The notes beneath the pieces were generated by a model. The model saw nothing but the letters and a program-made list of their open reading frames with translations, did not search any database and was not told the origin of the DNA. Of a stretch of DNA of 52,741 bases, positions 29,661 through 41,162 are shown piece after piece. This DNA comes from Alphaproteobacteria bacterium (GTDB lineage Bacteria > Pseudomonadota > Alphaproteobacteria > Rs-D84): contig JAFSDI010000010.1 in NCBI GenBank assembly GCA_017436325.1, positions 1-52,741 of the forward strand. The letters are read 5' to 3'. The number at the start of each line of letters is the position of its first letter. Position 1 is the stretch's first letter. The position numbers and the translations under genes were made by a program.

Positions 29661-30143
29661 TTAACGTTTGCTGAACTGTGTTGATCTGCGTGCTTTGCGA
29701 TAACCATAGTGTTTACGTTCAACAACACGGCTGTCGCGTGTCAAGAAGCCAGCTGTCTTTAAGACTGCGCGCAATTCTGGTTCTACTTTTTCCAATGCTT
29801 TGGAAATACCATGTTTTACCGCGCCAGCCTGACCTGACAGGCCACCACCTTCGACAAATGCAACAATATCATATGATGTTTCGCGATTTGTAACACCAAA
29901 AGGTTGTGCAATAATCATTTGTAATACAGCACGGCGGAAATATTCATTAGATGCCTTGCCATTAACGATTATATTGCCTTTGCCTGGCATTAAGTATACG
30001 CGTGCAACAGAATCTTTACGTTTTCCGGTTGCGTATGTTGTGTCTGTTAATTTTGGTGTTGCAACTGGTGCTTTCTTAGCAGTTGCTTTCTTTGCTGTTG
30101 TTGCCTTGGTTGTTTTGGCAACTGTTTTTTTTGCTTCTGCCAT
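29661..30143 (-). CDS. rpsI: 30S ribosomal protein S9
   Basis: [31 protein letters not shown]. Confidence 0.97.
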   Translation of the reverse strand: MAEAKKTVAKTTKATTAKKATAKKAPVATPKLTDTTYATGKRKDSVARVYLMPGKGNIIVNGKASNEYFRRAVLQMIIAQPFGVTNRETSYDIVAFVEGGGLSGQAGAVKHGISKALEKVEPELRAVLKTAGFLTRDSRVVERKHYGYRKARRSTQFSKR

Positions 30144-30616
30144 TATTCGCCCCTTTTGTTTTTACGATTCAAGCCTGCAAAATCAATAACCTGTGGATTT
30201 TGTGCAGTGTGTTTGTGTTCAGCGCCTGCATATACGTGCAGTTTTGTTAAGCGTTTGTTTGCCAGTGCAACAGCAGTGCGGCGGCCCATCATACGTTTAA
30301 CTGCATTAAATACCAATTGTTCTGGTTTTTCTTCGCGCATTTGACCCAATGTGCGGGATTTTAAACCGCCTGTCCATAAGCTGTGCCAGAAGAAACGGTC
30401 TTTGTCAGGCTTGTGCCCAGATAAAGCAACCTTGTCTGCGTTGATGATAACAACATGGTCGCCACAATCCATATTTGGTGTCCAGGTTGGTTTGTGCTTT
30501 CCGCGCAGGATGTTTGCAGTATATGCCGCCAAACGTCCCAGCGTGCAATCTGTTGCGTCAATCAGATACCATTTCGCATCTAATTCACATTTTTTTAACG
30601 ATTTTGTCGCTGCCAT
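30143..30616 (-). CDS. rplM: 50S ribosomal protein L13
   Basis: [29 protein letters not shown]. Confidence 0.97.
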   Translation of the reverse strand: MAATKSLKKCELDAKWYLIDATDCTLGRLAAYTANILRGKHKPTWTPNMDCGDHVVIINADKVALSGHKPDKDRFFWHSLWTGGLKSRTLGQMREEKPEQLVFNAVKRMMGRRTAVALANKRLTKLHVYAGAEHKHTAQNPQVIDFAGLNRKNKRGE

Positions 30617-30815
30617 TTTTATTTTTTCCTATGGTTTTTAAATTAAAGCGCGCATATTGTGCATTAAATCGGCAGAAAAGTCAAGAAAAATCGATGTGGT
30701 ATTATTGTACCGTATAGCTTAAGTGTTGCAGTGGGGGGATGGTGGCTGTTGATAAAAAAACACCGGTTTATAGAATAAAAAGCCGGTGTTGAAAGATAGA
30801 TAGAGCGGATGTTTT

Positions 30816-31586
30816 TTATTCTGTTTGTGTTTCAGTTGTTGTTCGGTCAATTATTTCCCAACGATATGTTGCTGTTTCACCTAATTTTTCCGCAGTTAAG
30901 ACATATTTACCGTTGCTGGATTCATTAAGTACATTTGGAATGGCTTGTTCGGCAAGTTGTTTTGCTGTGTCTGCTGTAATCTTTACTGCCGCCAAGGCAT
31001 CAGCCAAATTTGTATAACCGTCTGGGATTGTGCCGATTTTATCAATGCCGGCGCTTAATTGTGGTAATGTGTATATTTTTTCCCCTATACCCGTTGTTGC
31101 CCCGTGCGTAATTAGTAATTCATATAAGCTTGTTTCAGGGAATTCGTTAATAAAATCAGAAAAATAATTTGATATATCATAAAGACCCAAATTATCGTTC
31201 CAGCCAGCGAATAATCGTAATGTTATTCCTGCAACGCCTGGGAATTCAGTGTTAAAATAACTGTTGTATAAAAAATCATATATGTTGTTTATATCATTTG
31301 ACTGACCAGAAAAGAAGGGTGTACTAAGCCAGTCGTTTTCAAGTCTTCCAAATAAACGGTGTATTGTTCCCCTGCCCGCAACTTCGGCATATGTTGCGGT
31401 GGAATCAGGTGTGCCGATTTTGTTTGATAGTGTTGTTATGTCGCTTTGATTTGCTTTGGAATCTAATAAGTTTAATGTAGCGTAATTTGTCATCTGTTCA
31501 TCAAAAAATCCGCGGGATATAATTGATGCAGAGGCGACACTTGTGATTGTTAGCCAAATGATTGTACTGATTAAAATTTTGTTCAT
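30816..31586 (-). CDS. Secreted 'KIGTLP' family fibre-like protein (copy B)
   Basis: Signal peptide, SIISRGFFDE, KIGTIPDGY, GKYVLTA..ATYRWEIIDR. Confidence 0.8.
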   Translation of the reverse strand: MNKILISTIIWLTITSVASASIISRGFFDEQMTNYATLNLLDSKANQSDITTLSNKIGTPDSTATYAEVAGRGTIHRLFGRLENDWLSTPFFSGQSNDINNIYDFLYNSYFNTEFPGVAGITLRLFAGWNDNLGLYDISNYFSDFINEFPETSLYELLITHGATTGIGEKIYTLPQLSAGIDKIGTIPDGYTNLADALAAVKITADTAKQLAEQAIPNVLNESSNGKYVLTAEKLGETATYRWEIIDRTTTETQTE

Positions 31587-31608
31587 TTTTTTACTCCTTT
31601 CGATTAAT

Positions 31609-31849
31609 AAAAAAACCGCAATGAGAATTCATGCGGTCGGGGAGTTCACAAATCACCTAAAAGTCTGATTCCGCCAGCCTTCGGGAAACCCTGTTGTATA
31701 AACTGACGGCTCCCCGACCGGTGTGGCTAAGCGGGGAAAACAATAAAAGACGCTTTCGCGCCCCTTTGTCGCGGATTCAGTATCGTTTTGCGATACCGCT
31801 TTTAGGCAAGGCTTGTGACAGCCCCGAACCAGATTCCCATCCAGTTCAA
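31609..31849 (-). ncRNA. Conserved structured leader RNA, copy B
   Basis: Same conserved blocks and compensatory helices as copies A and C; ends CCGCATGA..TCATTGCGG-T7. Confidence 0.75.
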
Positions 31850-31854
31850 TCGGA

Positions 31855-31884
31855 ATTATACCATAAATATTGTATTTTTGTAAA
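31855..31884 (-). promoter_or_regulatory. sigma70-type promoter of leader RNA B
   Basis: TTTACA-18bp-TATAAT with extended TG. Confidence 0.7.
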
Positions 31885-31903
31885 TATAAAAATTGTTGAT
31901 TTG

Positions 31904-33184
31904 TTATATCGGCAGAATAATTCGAACGCAAAGTCCGCCAAGTTCGCTGTCTTCTAGGAACAGCTGGCCACCATGATTTTCAATCGCTGTTTTCGCAATC
32001 GATAACCCAAGACCCGTTCCCCCAGTTGATGTGCTGCGTGCTTCGTCAAGACGGATAAAAGGACGTAATGCATCTGGCTTTTTTTCATCAGGAATCCCAA
32101 TGCCGTCATCTTCGATTGTGATTTCGATGAAATCTGGTGTGTCTTTTTCAGTGATTTTTATGCGTTTGTTTGCATAGCGGGCCGCATTTTCAATAATATT
32201 GCCAAAGGCACGCGCAAGTGCCATAGGACGCGCATAAAACTGTGCGGGAATGTCTGGAAAATTTGTTATTATCTTCTTGTCTGGTGCCGCATCACGTGCA
32301 ATGCGAAGTAACATCGGTGGTAATTCTGTGGTTTGTTCTATTTCTGGGGCTTCGCCACGTGCAAAAGATAAATAACCGTTTACCATTTCTGTCATTCTGT
32401 CAATGTCTTGAATTAAATTATCGTTCGTTGCCGTGTTTGTTTCAATGGCCAGACGCATACGTGCAAGCGGTGATTTTAAATCGTGACTGACAGCATTTAA
32501 CATATCTGTACGGGTACGATTGTAGCGATCAAGTCGTTCTTTCATTTTTATCATAGATGTGGCTGCTTCGCGGATTTCTTTGGAACCGGTCGGTTCAAAC
32601 CCAGGTGCGTCAAGTCCGCGACCAAATCGATTCGCAGCGCGCGCAATACGGCGAATGCTGCGCGTGTGCAGGATGATGAATGGAGTGGCTAAAATTGATA
32701 CAATCAGTATTGAACCAATTAACCAGATTATAAATACTTCGGTGCTGGTTGAATAAATTCTGTATAATGATGTTCCAAATGTTGCTATCTTGTTGTCTTT
32801 GGTCGGTACGTCAATAAATACAAGACGTTTGCCTTTGTCTATATATATTTGTGCAGGACGTGATACACGCTTTGATAATTCTGATGCAAGTTTACCCGTT
32901 TCGCGTGATGAATTGTCGTTTTGGGTTGGGCGGTTTAATTTGTCGTTTATACTGATATTTATGCCAATGTCGCGCGCCATCTTTTGCGTTGTGGTAATAT
33001 CACCATCGTCAATAAAATTCATCATAGTGGTAATTTCACCCGCCAGTGTGCGTGCCAATGTATCATGCACACGTGACCAGTGATTGCCAAAAAATGCGTT
33101 CGCAACAATAACTTGCGCAATAATTAACGGTACAAGTATCATTAATATGGTTCTGGCGGAAAAACTGCGCGGTATAATTCTCAT
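31904..33184 (-). CDS. Sensor histidine kinase, EnvZ-like
   Basis: Two TMs, HAMP, VSHDLKSPL, NIIENAARY, DDGIGI, GTGLGL. Confidence 0.92.
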   Translation of the reverse strand: MRIIPRSFSARTILMILVPLIIAQVIVANAFFGNHWSRVHDTLARTLAGEITTMMNFIDDGDITTTQKMARDIGINISINDKLNRPTQNDNSSRETGKLASELSKRVSRPAQIYIDKGKRLVFIDVPTKDNKIATFGTSLYRIYSTSTEVFIIWLIGSILIVSILATPFIILHTRSIRRIARAANRFGRGLDAPGFEPTGSKEIREAATSMIKMKERLDRYNRTRTDMLNAVSHDLKSPLARMRLAIETNTATNDNLIQDIDRMTEMVNGYLSFARGEAPEIEQTTELPPMLLRIARDAAPDKKIITNFPDIPAQFYARPMALARAFGNIIENAARYANKRIKITEKDTPDFIEITIEDDGIGIPDEKKPDALRPFIRLDEARSTSTGGTGLGLSIAKTAIENHGGQLFLEDSELGGLCVRIILPI

Positions 33185-33200
33185 ACGATTTGCCTTTGGT

Positions 33201-33839
33201 TTATTGTTGGGTGCGATTCAATAGTTTATATCCCTGCCCCCGTATTGTTATGATATCAAGATTAGATGATACTAAATTTAATTTCATACGCAAGCGTTTT
33301 GCAACCATCGGTGTGGCAGATGCAATATTGCCAATTGGACTAATTAACTGAATTAATAGCTTTTTTTCTTCGCCAGATAAATTTAATAGTGTTTTTTCGT
33401 TTGCTTCATGCGAAACTGTGAAAAATTCATCATTTGTAAAAATAAGACCATCTGGTGGTATTGGTGCAGATGTTGGGTTATGCTTTATTATGTTGTTTAA
33501 TCTTAAAATAAGTTCACGAAATTGAAATGGCTTTGCTAAATAATCGTTCGCGCCATATGATAGACCAGCAATTGTATTTTCTGCACCAGTCATTGCGGTT
33601 AGCATAATAATTGGGGTTTGGTTGCCGTTGTTTCGTAGTTTTTGTAAAAATGATAAGCCATCCATACCCGACATCATTCTGTCAAGAATAATCGCGTTAA
33701 CTGATATGCGTGACAATATTTTTTCTGCTGATTCCGCAGATTCTGCAGATAGTGTATTAAATCCTTCGTTACGCAAACCTTTTGTTAATGTGTCGCGTAA
33801 AATATTGTCGTCATCAATAACTAATATTGTGTTGTTCAT
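33201..33839 (-). CDS. OmpR-family response regulator
   Basis: ILVIDDD, LDRMM, DYLAKPF, TIRGQGYKL. Confidence 0.9.
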   Translation of the reverse strand: MNNTILVIDDDNILRDTLTKGLRNEGFNTLSAESAESAEKILSRISVNAIILDRMMSGMDGLSFLQKLRNNGNQTPIIMLTAMTGAENTIAGLSYGANDYLAKPFQFRELILRLNNIIKHNPTSAPIPPDGLIFTNDEFFTVSHEANEKTLLNLSGEEKKLLIQLISPIGNIASATPMVAKRLRMKLNLVSSNLDIITIRGQGYKLLNRTQQ

Positions 33840-34753
33840 TTGTTTAAAGGTTCAACTGCATATTCGCCAGGTTGGATTGTACGTATCGCATTGTTTGCAC
33901 CAGACATATCTTCATCATAGGTTGCAGCGCGGAATTGCATATTGTCTGTTGCAAATTCTGTCTTGAATAATGCGTATCCTGTGCCACCACCAGTTGTTGG
34001 CCCCTGCATACCAAGGGAGTAATAGCCACCAAGAATACCATAATCAAGGTCAATATAATCTAGGCTTACGATTAAGGAAACACTGCTGATGCCGTCACTG
34101 GTCATATTACAGGAAAATTCACGATTCGATAAGACGGCTTCGGAATTTACAGGAACCATCAAATCCATAACAGTTGGTTCGCAAATACGACTAATTCCAT
34201 TTACTAAAAAATCGTATGTCATACCAACTGTGGCCTTGGATAAACCAGTTGATACACTAACTTGTGATATTGTTGCCTTGGGGATTTTAATCATTGCGTT
34301 TGCAATACCGCTGCGCACAGGGAATGATATACCTGACTGCAGGCAGTCACGTGAAAATGGATCTGCTTCACAAATATAAACACGTGAATGTGCGTTCATC
34401 ATAAACATATTTGCAAGGCTGTTGAATAAAAAAGAGCGTGTAATCCGATCGTTTAAACGTGTGCAGCCAAAATTACGACAAATAACCATAGGCTTGTTTG
34501 CAAACATAACCCCTGGGTGTTCATAGGCCTCTAAATCACGGGCGGCAACAATGTTGTCGTCATAATCTAAACTGTCTGCGCGTTCCATAAATTCTGTTTC
34601 CGGTATAAAATTAGGATCGTCAGGGTATGCATAATAAGATTGCACAGGCGTTTCTGTGTAAATTGTTTGAAAGTTTTCGTATACATAATCGTTCGCATGG
34701 GCAGAAATTCCCCATAAAATTGCGAAAATTGTACTGAAAATATACTTTTGCAT
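33836..34753 (-). CDS. Secreted Cys-containing hypothetical protein
   Basis: Signal peptide (AHA); overlaps the regulator start by 4 bp. Confidence 0.7.
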   Translation of the reverse strand: MQKYIFSTIFAILWGISAHANDYVYENFQTIYTETPVQSYYAYPDDPNFIPETEFMERADSLDYDDNIVAARDLEAYEHPGVMFANKPMVICRNFGCTRLNDRITRSFLFNSLANMFMMNAHSRVYICEADPFSRDCLQSGISFPVRSGIANAMIKIPKATISQVSVSTGLSKATVGMTYDFLVNGISRICEPTVMDLMVPVNSEAVLSNREFSCNMTSDGISSVSLIVSLDYIDLDYGILGGYYSLGMQGPTTGGGTGYALFKTEFATDNMQFRAATYDEDMSGANNAIRTIQPGEYAVEPLNK

Positions 34754-34892
34754 ATTGTTGCCTTTGGTTCTCTCTGACTGAATATTAGAACATTTTTAGT
34801 ATTTGTGTCAAAATAAAAATTTTTATTGAAATTTGGTGTGGCTTTGTTCTAACGTTAAATAGTAAAATAATATATAAGAAAGGTTAAAAGGT

Positions 34893-35552
34893 ATGGTTGA
34901 TATCGTAATTTTAGGTGATTCTGGTAAACTGCACGCGGTTTATCATAAGTCTGCACAAGAAGCGGCGCCTTTGGCGGTCATTCTGTCAGGGAATCCACGT
35001 CAGAAATTTCATATGAATGACAGGGTTTCTTATGCTATGTTCCGTGCGTTTATGGATATTGGTTTTTCTGTTATCCGTTTCAATTATCGCGGTGTTGAGG
35101 ATTCTGAGGGGGTTATTGGAACAACTGCAGAAAATATGCTGGATATCGCGACTGTGATAGATTGGATTCAGAATAATAACGAAGATAGCGATAAAATATG
35201 GCTGGCAGGTCATCAGTTGGGCGCATGGTATGTGTTGCAAGCAATGATGCGCAGGCCAGAAATATCGGGATTTGCATTGGTGTCGCCTGATTCACAAGTG
35301 TCTGATTTTAGTTTCTTGTCACCAAGGCCGAATCGTGGATTGTTGTTACAGGGTATGATGGAATCTGATGAGGCGCGTGCGTTTGGTGTGCATCTGACAC
35401 AGGTTTTGAAAAAACAAGCACAAATAGATTTAGAAACTATTCGTGTAAAAGGTGCAGATGCATTGTATAGTCAACCGGCTGATTTGCGGCAAATGTATAA
35501 TGATTTGAAAGCGTATGTTGGACGCGAAAACGAAGAAGATAAGTTGTTGTAA
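34893..35552 (+). CDS. Alpha/beta-fold hydrolase-like protein (nucleophile motif degenerate)
   Basis: [33 protein letters not shown]. Confidence 0.75.
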   Translation: MVDIVILGDSGKLHAVYHKSAQEAAPLAVILSGNPRQKFHMNDRVSYAMFRAFMDIGFSVIRFNYRGVEDSEGVIGTTAENMLDIATVIDWIQNNNEDSDKIWLAGHQLGAWYVLQAMMRRPEISGFALVSPDSQVSDFSFLSPRPNRGLLLQGMMESDEARAFGVHLTQVLKKQAQIDLETIRVKGADALYSQPADLRQMYNDLKAYVGRENEEDKLL

Positions 35553-35556
35553 AAAA

Positions 35557-36546
35557 ATGCAAAATAAAGAACGGTTTTTAGATGCTAATATTCCAGATGA
35601 ATTGGCGGGTTCTATTAGGCCACGTAGTTTGTCAGATTTTATTGGCCATGAAAGTTTAAAGCAGAATTTGTCTGTATTCGTTTCTGGGGCGCGTAATCGT
35701 GGCGAGGCAATGGATCACGTTTTGCTGTATGGCCCCCCAGGGTTAGGAAAAACAACTTTGGCACATATCGTTGCAAATGAACTGGGGACTAATTTTAGGG
35801 CAACATCTGCGCCAATGTTGACAAAGCAAGGCGATTTGGCGGCTATATTAACTTCGTTAGAGCCGATGGATGTGTTGTTTATTGATGAAATTCATCGCTT
35901 GCCAACAGCAATCGAAGAAGTTTTGTATTCTGCAATGGAAGATTTTAAACTGGATATTATGTTGGGTGAAGGCCCCAGTGCGAAAAGTGTGCGTATTGAC
36001 CTGCCCCCATTTACGTTGGTTGGGGCGACTACGCGTACTGGGTTGTTATCTAATCCGTTGCGTGATAGGTTTGGTATTGATTTGAGATTGACCTTTTATT
36101 CGCCGTCTGATTTGGCAAAAATTATTATGCGCAGTGCTAATATTCTGGGGATGCCAATCGATGAAGATGGGGCATTGATGTTGGCGCAATCTGCGCGGGG
36201 AACCCCACGTATCGCAAATAGATTGCTGAAACGTGCGCGTGACTTTGCAAGTGCGTTGGGAAAAAATCAAATTACAGCAGATACAATAAAGACAACATTG
36301 TTTCAATTGCATATAGATGAATGTGGCTTAGATGAAATTGACCGTGAATATATGAATATGATAATAAAGTTTTATGCGGGCGGTCCGGTTGGTATTGAAA
36401 ATCTGTCTGCGGCATTGTCTGAACCTGCGGATACAATCGAAGATGTTGTTGAGCCGTATTTGATGCAGTTGGGATTTGTTCAACGCACACCACGTGGTCG
36501 TATTATTACAGATGCTGGATATGCGCATTTGGGGCTGGAGAAATAG
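35557..36546 (+). CDS. ruvB: Holliday junction branch migration helicase RuvB
   Basis: [37 protein letters not shown]. Confidence 0.97.
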   Translation: MQNKERFLDANIPDELAGSIRPRSLSDFIGHESLKQNLSVFVSGARNRGEAMDHVLLYGPPGLGKTTLAHIVANELGTNFRATSAPMLTKQGDLAAILTSLEPMDVLFIDEIHRLPTAIEEVLYSAMEDFKLDIMLGEGPSAKSVRIDLPPFTLVGATTRTGLLSNPLRDRFGIDLRLTFYSPSDLAKIIMRSANILGMPIDEDGALMLAQSARGTPRIANRLLKRARDFASALGKNQITADTIKTTLFQLHIDECGLDEIDREYMNMIIKFYAGGPVGIENLSAALSEPADTIEDVVEPYLMQLGFVQRTPRGRIITDAGYAHLGLEK

Positions 36547-36552
36547 TTAATT

Positions 36553-36930
36553 ATGTATAAGATTCATAAATTTCCGTTTACAATCGCATTTGCGGATACA
36601 GACGCTGAGGGGATTGTGTATCACGCACGTTATCTGGAAATCGCAGAACGTGCAAGGATGAATTGGTTAAAAGGACATTTCTCGATTGGTGATGATGTGG
36701 GATTTGTTGTAAAAGAATTAAATATAAAGTATTTTATGCCACTTATATTAAGTGATGAGGTCATAGTTGAAACAGTTATGGTTGAAGCTGGGGCAGCGGT
36801 TGTTAAAATTGAACAAAAATTTGTAAAAAATGATTCTGTTTATGCTATAATAAACCTTAAGGTTGCGTATTTGGGAAAGGATATGCGGCCAAAACGGATT
36901 CCAGAAGAGTTTATAAAAGAGTTAATGTAA
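36553..36930 (+). CDS. ybgC: YbgC family acyl-CoA thioesterase
   Basis: DTDAEGIVYHARYL..AERAR; conserved position between ruvB and tolQ. Confidence 0.85.
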   Translation: MYKIHKFPFTIAFADTDAEGIVYHARYLEIAERARMNWLKGHFSIGDDVGFVVKELNIKYFMPLILSDEVIVETVMVEAGAAVVKIEQKFVKNDSVYAIINLKVAYLGKDMRPKRIPEEFIKELM

Positions 36931-36950
36931 AAAAAGAAAGGAAAGAAAAA

Positions 36951-37442
36951 ATGGAAAATAATTTTTCGTTGTTGTCATTGTTTACTGGTGATTGGATGAC
37001 AATTTTTGTGTCGATTGTTTTGTTGGGGTTTAGTGTTTTTTCTTGGGCAATTATTGTTGAAAAAATTAGATTATGGCATACAGTTAAAAGAAACCCTGTT
37101 AAGGTGAAGAATTCTGATGATTTATCTGTTGCAGCAGATAAATTAATTCGTCCTTTTGATAAGAATTTATGGTTTTTGTCGATGGTTGCATATATTTCAC
37201 CCTTTATTGGTTTGTTTGGTACTGTGTGGGGGGTTATGGATTCGTTTGCGGCGATTGGGGTTAATCAATCTGTTAGCATTGGTGTTATTGCCCCAGGGTT
37301 GGCTGTTGCATTGGGTACGACTGCGTTAGGGTTAATTGCAGCTGTGCCTGCAGCAATTGCACATCAATATTTTGCAAAAAAATCTGATGATTTATATGAT
37401 AGTTTGGTTGAGTCAACTTGTGAATTAAAGTCTAAAAAGTAA
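36951..37442 (+). CDS. tolQ: TolQ/ExbB family proton channel (short form)
   Basis: SPFIGLFGTVWGVM..IAPGL..AL.TTALGL.AAVPA. Confidence 0.85.
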   Translation: MENNFSLLSLFTGDWMTIFVSIVLLGFSVFSWAIIVEKIRLWHTVKRNPVKVKNSDDLSVAADKLIRPFDKNLWFLSMVAYISPFIGLFGTVWGVMDSFAAIGVNQSVSIGVIAPGLAVALGTTALGLIAAVPAAIAHQYFAKKSDDLYDSLVESTCELKSKK

Positions 37443-37453
37443 GGGTGTAAGGT

Positions 37454-37852
37454 ATGTCAAGATTAAGACGTAGACAGACGGATGCCGCTATACAGTTGAC
37501 CCCGATGATTGATGTTATGACTGTGTTGTTGGCGGTCTTTATGGTTACAACACCGATGATGACAACAGGTATAGATTTGGAATTGCCACGTGCAGGTGCG
37601 TCTGCAATTACGGGTGCTGATCACGCAATTCAAATAAGTGTAGATTCAAATGGTCGGTATTTCTTGTCAGAAATGGAATTGTCGCCTGATGAGGTTGTAA
37701 AGCGTGCGATTGCAATGCGTGGCGAAAATCCGCAATTAACAATAATGATAAGTGGTGATACGCATACTGATTATGGGGCAGTTATGTCAATGATGGGAAA
37801 ACTAAAAGATGCAGGTTTTCAAAAAGTTGGATTGCGTACACAACCGGAATAA
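37454..37852 (+). CDS. tolR: TolR/ExbD family protein
   Basis: LTPMIDVMTVLLAVFMVT..P; YGAVMSMMG.L..AGF. Confidence 0.85.
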   Translation: MSRLRRRQTDAAIQLTPMIDVMTVLLAVFMVTTPMMTTGIDLELPRAGASAITGADHAIQISVDSNGRYFLSEMELSPDEVVKRAIAMRGENPQLTIMISGDTHTDYGAVMSMMGKLKDAGFQKVGLRTQPE

Positions 37853-37855
37853 GTT

Positions 37856-38635
37856 ATGGCAAAATTTAATTTGTTTTCTGCAGAAAATTTGTTGATGTCT
37901 GTGTGTGGGCATTTGGTTTTGTGCGCGATTATGATTACTTCGTTTGTCGTGGTGTTAAATCGTGCGCAGTTGGTTGCGCCTGATAGAATTCAAATTATGG
38001 AAATTGATTTGAATGATGTTGTCGTTTCGGGCGATGAAACAAAATTGTATAATGTTGGACAAGTCGCAGAGCCTGAGCCAAAAGTACAGGATGTTGTGCC
38101 AGAACAAAATGAATCACAGCCAGTAAAAGATTCAGAACCAGTGGAAGAACCAGAAGAAATAATTGCACCGACACTGGTTGAAGAAAAAAAAGTTGAAGAA
38201 CAACCAGAAAAGATAAAAGAAGAACCTGAAAAAAAAGAATCTAAACCTGTGGAAAAAATTCAAACACCAAAGAAAAAACGAGTTATTCGTGTTAATCGTG
38301 AGGTTTTATCGCTGGAAAGAACGTTGACGGTATCTGTTGTTGATGCACTGCGTGTTGCAATGACAAGGTGTTGGGTGATTGATACCACGCGGTCGGATAT
38401 TAAAGATATTCGGGCGGTTGCGCATTTGACATTGCGTAGAAACGGTACTGTGCGTGATGTTTGGTTTGAATCTGCTGCGCGCGCAGATACAGATATGGCA
38501 TTTGCATATGTGTTGGATACTATTCGTAATGCAATAAATGTGTGTCAACCGTTTCGTATGTTGCCGAAAAATGAATTTTCAAAATGGGAAAAGATACAAT
38601 TGACCTTTTATCCAACCCAAGGCAAGGTTATGTGA
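37856..38635 (+). CDS. TolA-like protein
   Basis: N-terminal TM with SxxxH, Glu/Pro/Lys linker, C-terminal RCW...CQPF domain. Confidence 0.7.
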   Translation: MAKFNLFSAENLLMSVCGHLVLCAIMITSFVVVLNRAQLVAPDRIQIMEIDLNDVVVSGDETKLYNVGQVAEPEPKVQDVVPEQNESQPVKDSEPVEEPEEIIAPTLVEEKKVEEQPEKIKEEPEKKESKPVEKIQTPKKKRVIRVNREVLSLERTLTVSVVDALRVAMTRCWVIDTTRSDIKDIRAVAHLTLRRNGTVRDVWFESAARADTDMAFAYVLDTIRNAINVCQPFRMLPKNEFSKWEKIQLTFYPTQGKVM

Positions 38636-38679
38636 TAGTTGTATGTAAAAAAATACACGCGCCCGCAGGCGCGTGCAGC

Positions 38680-39004
38680 AGATACACATATAAGCCGGAT
38701 TCTGTTCTGCCACCAGCCCAGTATGTTTCGCATACCATTCTGTGGTAGTGGACATGATTAATCTGCAAATCTCATTACTGAGAAATGTCAAGCCTTCTAC
38801 CCGCCCCTAAACGTGGGACCCGTAAGTGGGGCCTATTTGAAGTTGCTGCACGCAGAGATTGCCCGTTTCACTCGAATTTAATCGTTTACGTCACTGTTGC
38901 TCTAATCGTCAGGTCGCCCTGCCCGGTATATTAGCCGGTGCGCCGTCCCATGCAGTCCGGACTTTCCTCTGGCTTTTTGAGGGCCAGCCATGTCCCGCGT
39001 ATCT
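38680..39004 (-). ncRNA. rnpB: RNase P RNA
   Basis: GAGGAAAGTCCGG and ACAGAATCCGGCTTAT universal motifs; P1 AGATACGCG/TGTGTATCT. Confidence 0.92.
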
Positions 39005-39157
39005 TACAGTGCACTATAATAGCATTTTTTTTATTCGTTTCAACACTTTTATTCTTTTTTTTATATTTGGTTAAGAAAATATGACTATTGCCCCTTGAAA
39101 AGTTTTTTTGCATAACTATATCGTAGGTAAATAATTTTTAACTTAGGAGTGAAAAAA

Positions 39158-41050
39158 ATGGGAAAAGTATTAGGTATTGATTTGGGTACCACTAATTCAG
39201 CAATGGCTTTTATGGATGGTGCAGATCCAAAAATTATTGAAAATGCAGAAGGACAACGTACAACACCATCTGTGGTTGCATTAACATCGAATGGTGAGCA
39301 ATTGGTTGGAATTACTGCAAAAAATCAAGCGGTTACAAACCCTGAAAATACTATTTATGAAATTAAGCGATTGATGGGATTGCGTTTTGATAGTCCTGCG
39401 GTAAAGGAAATTGCAGCACGTGTCCCTTATAAAATTGTTGCGGGTGATAATGGTGACGCATGGGTTGAAATGGAAGGTAAAAAATATGCGCCTTCACAGA
39501 TTTCAGCGATGATTTTGGCAAAGTTAAAAAAAGACGCAGAAAGTTATTTGGGCGAACCTGTGACAGATGCGGTTATTACTGTGCCTGCATATTTTAATGA
39601 TTCACAACGTCAGGCTACAAAAGATGCGGGGCGTATCGCGGGGCTGAATGTTTTGCGTATTGTTAATGAGCCAACTGCGGCAGCATTAGCATATGGTCTG
39701 GATAAAGATAAAGACGGTATTATTGCTGTTTATGACCTTGGTGGTGGTACATTTGACGTTTCTATCTTGGAAATTGTTGATGGTGTATTCGAAGTAAAAT
39801 CAACAAACGGTGATACTGCGTTGGGCGGTTCGGATTTTGATGCACGTATTTTGGAACACTTAATTGCAGAATTTAAAGCACAGACAGGTATTGATTTGTC
39901 TGGTGATAAATTGGCATTGCAACGTTTGAAAGAAGCGGCAGAAAAAGCGAAGATTGAACTATCGTCAAAAACAAGTACAGATATTAATTTGCCTTATTTG
40001 ACCGCAGACGCAACAGGACCAAAGCACTTTAACACAACGTTGACACGCGCAAAGTTAGAATCATTGGTTGCTGATTTGATTGAACGTACAATTGAGCCTT
40101 GTAAAAAAGCATTGAAAGATGCGGGCTTGGAAAAATCACAAATTAATGAGGTTATTTTGGTTGGTGGTCAAACACGTATGCCAAAGGTTGCAGAAACAGT
40201 AAAAGAATTTTTTGGTCGTGAACCACACAAAGGCGTTAACCCAGATGAAGTTGTCGGTATGGGCGCAGCTATTCAAGGTGGTGTTTTAAAAGGCGATGTA
40301 AAAGATGTTTTATTATTGGATGTGACACCTTTGTCATTGGGTATTGAAACATTGGGTGGTGTATTTACACGACTGATTGACCGTAATACAACAATTCCAA
40401 CCAAAAAGTCACAGGTGTTCAGTACCGCAGAAGATAATCAATCTGCTGTGACAATTCGCGTATTCCAAGGTGAACGTGATATGGCCGCAGATAATAAATT
40501 ATTGGGACAATTTAATCTGGAAGGTATTGCCCCTGCCCCACGTGGTATGCCACAAATTGAGGTTTCTTTTGATATTGACGCAAATGGTATTGTTCACGTG
40601 TCTGCAAAAGATAAAGGTACAGGTAAAGAACAAGCGATTTCTATTAAATCTGATGGCGGATTAAGTGAAGATGAAATAAAACGTATGGTCGATGAGGCCG
40701 CTGCAAATGCCGAAGAAGATAAAAAGAAACGCGAATTGGCAGAAGCAAGAAATACCGCAGAAACCGCTGTGTTTAGTATTGAAAAATCATTGAAAGAACA
40801 CGGTGATAAAATTAGCGAAGATGAAAAGAAAGCTATCGAAGATGCCAAACAGGTATTAAGCGATGAACTGGCCAAGGTAGATGCAACTGTAGAATCTTTG
40901 AAAGAAAAAACAGAAGCGTTGACAGAAAAAGCAATGAAACTGGGCGAGGCAGTTTATAAAGCTGCACAGGCCGAACAAGCCAATCAGGGTGCAGAAGAAA
41001 AGAAAAATGAAGATGGCACTGTTGATGCAGACTTTTCAGAAAAGAAATAA
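39158..41050 (+). CDS. dnaK: Chaperone DnaK
   Basis: [31 protein letters not shown]. Confidence 0.98.
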   Translation: MGKVLGIDLGTTNSAMAFMDGADPKIIENAEGQRTTPSVVALTSNGEQLVGITAKNQAVTNPENTIYEIKRLMGLRFDSPAVKEIAARVPYKIVAGDNGDAWVEMEGKKYAPSQISAMILAKLKKDAESYLGEPVTDAVITVPAYFNDSQRQATKDAGRIAGLNVLRIVNEPTAAALAYGLDKDKDGIIAVYDLGGGTFDVSILEIVDGVFEVKSTNGDTALGGSDFDARILEHLIAEFKAQTGIDLSGDKLALQRLKEAAEKAKIELSSKTSTDINLPYLTADATGPKHFNTTLTRAKLESLVADLIERTIEPCKKALKDAGLEKSQINEVILVGGQTRMPKVAETVKEFFGREPHKGVNPDEVVGMGAAIQGGVLKGDVKDVLLLDVTPLSLGIETLGGVFTRLIDRNTTIPTKKSQVFSTAEDNQSAVTIRVFQGERDMAADNKLLGQFNLEGIAPAPRGMPQIEVSFDIDANGIVHVSAKDKGTGKEQAISIKSDGGLSEDEIKRMVDEAAANAEEDKKKRELAEARNTAETAVFSIEKSLKEHGDKISEDEKKAIEDAKQVLSDELAKVDATVESLKEKTEALTEKAMKLGEAVYKAAQAEQANQGAEEKKNEDGTVDADFSEKK

Positions 41051-41065
41051 AAAATAATGTATAAA

Positions 41066-41103
41066 AGAAAAATCCCCATTGTGAATTGTATGGGGATTTT
41101 TTT
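41066..41103 (+). terminator. Terminator after dnaK
   Basis: AAAATCCCCAT...ATGGGGATTTTTTT. Confidence 0.7.
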
Positions 41104-41162
41104 CTTTGGTTTGATGCTTGTTTATGATACTGTTATTATTAGTGATAAACTAAGGATTTATT

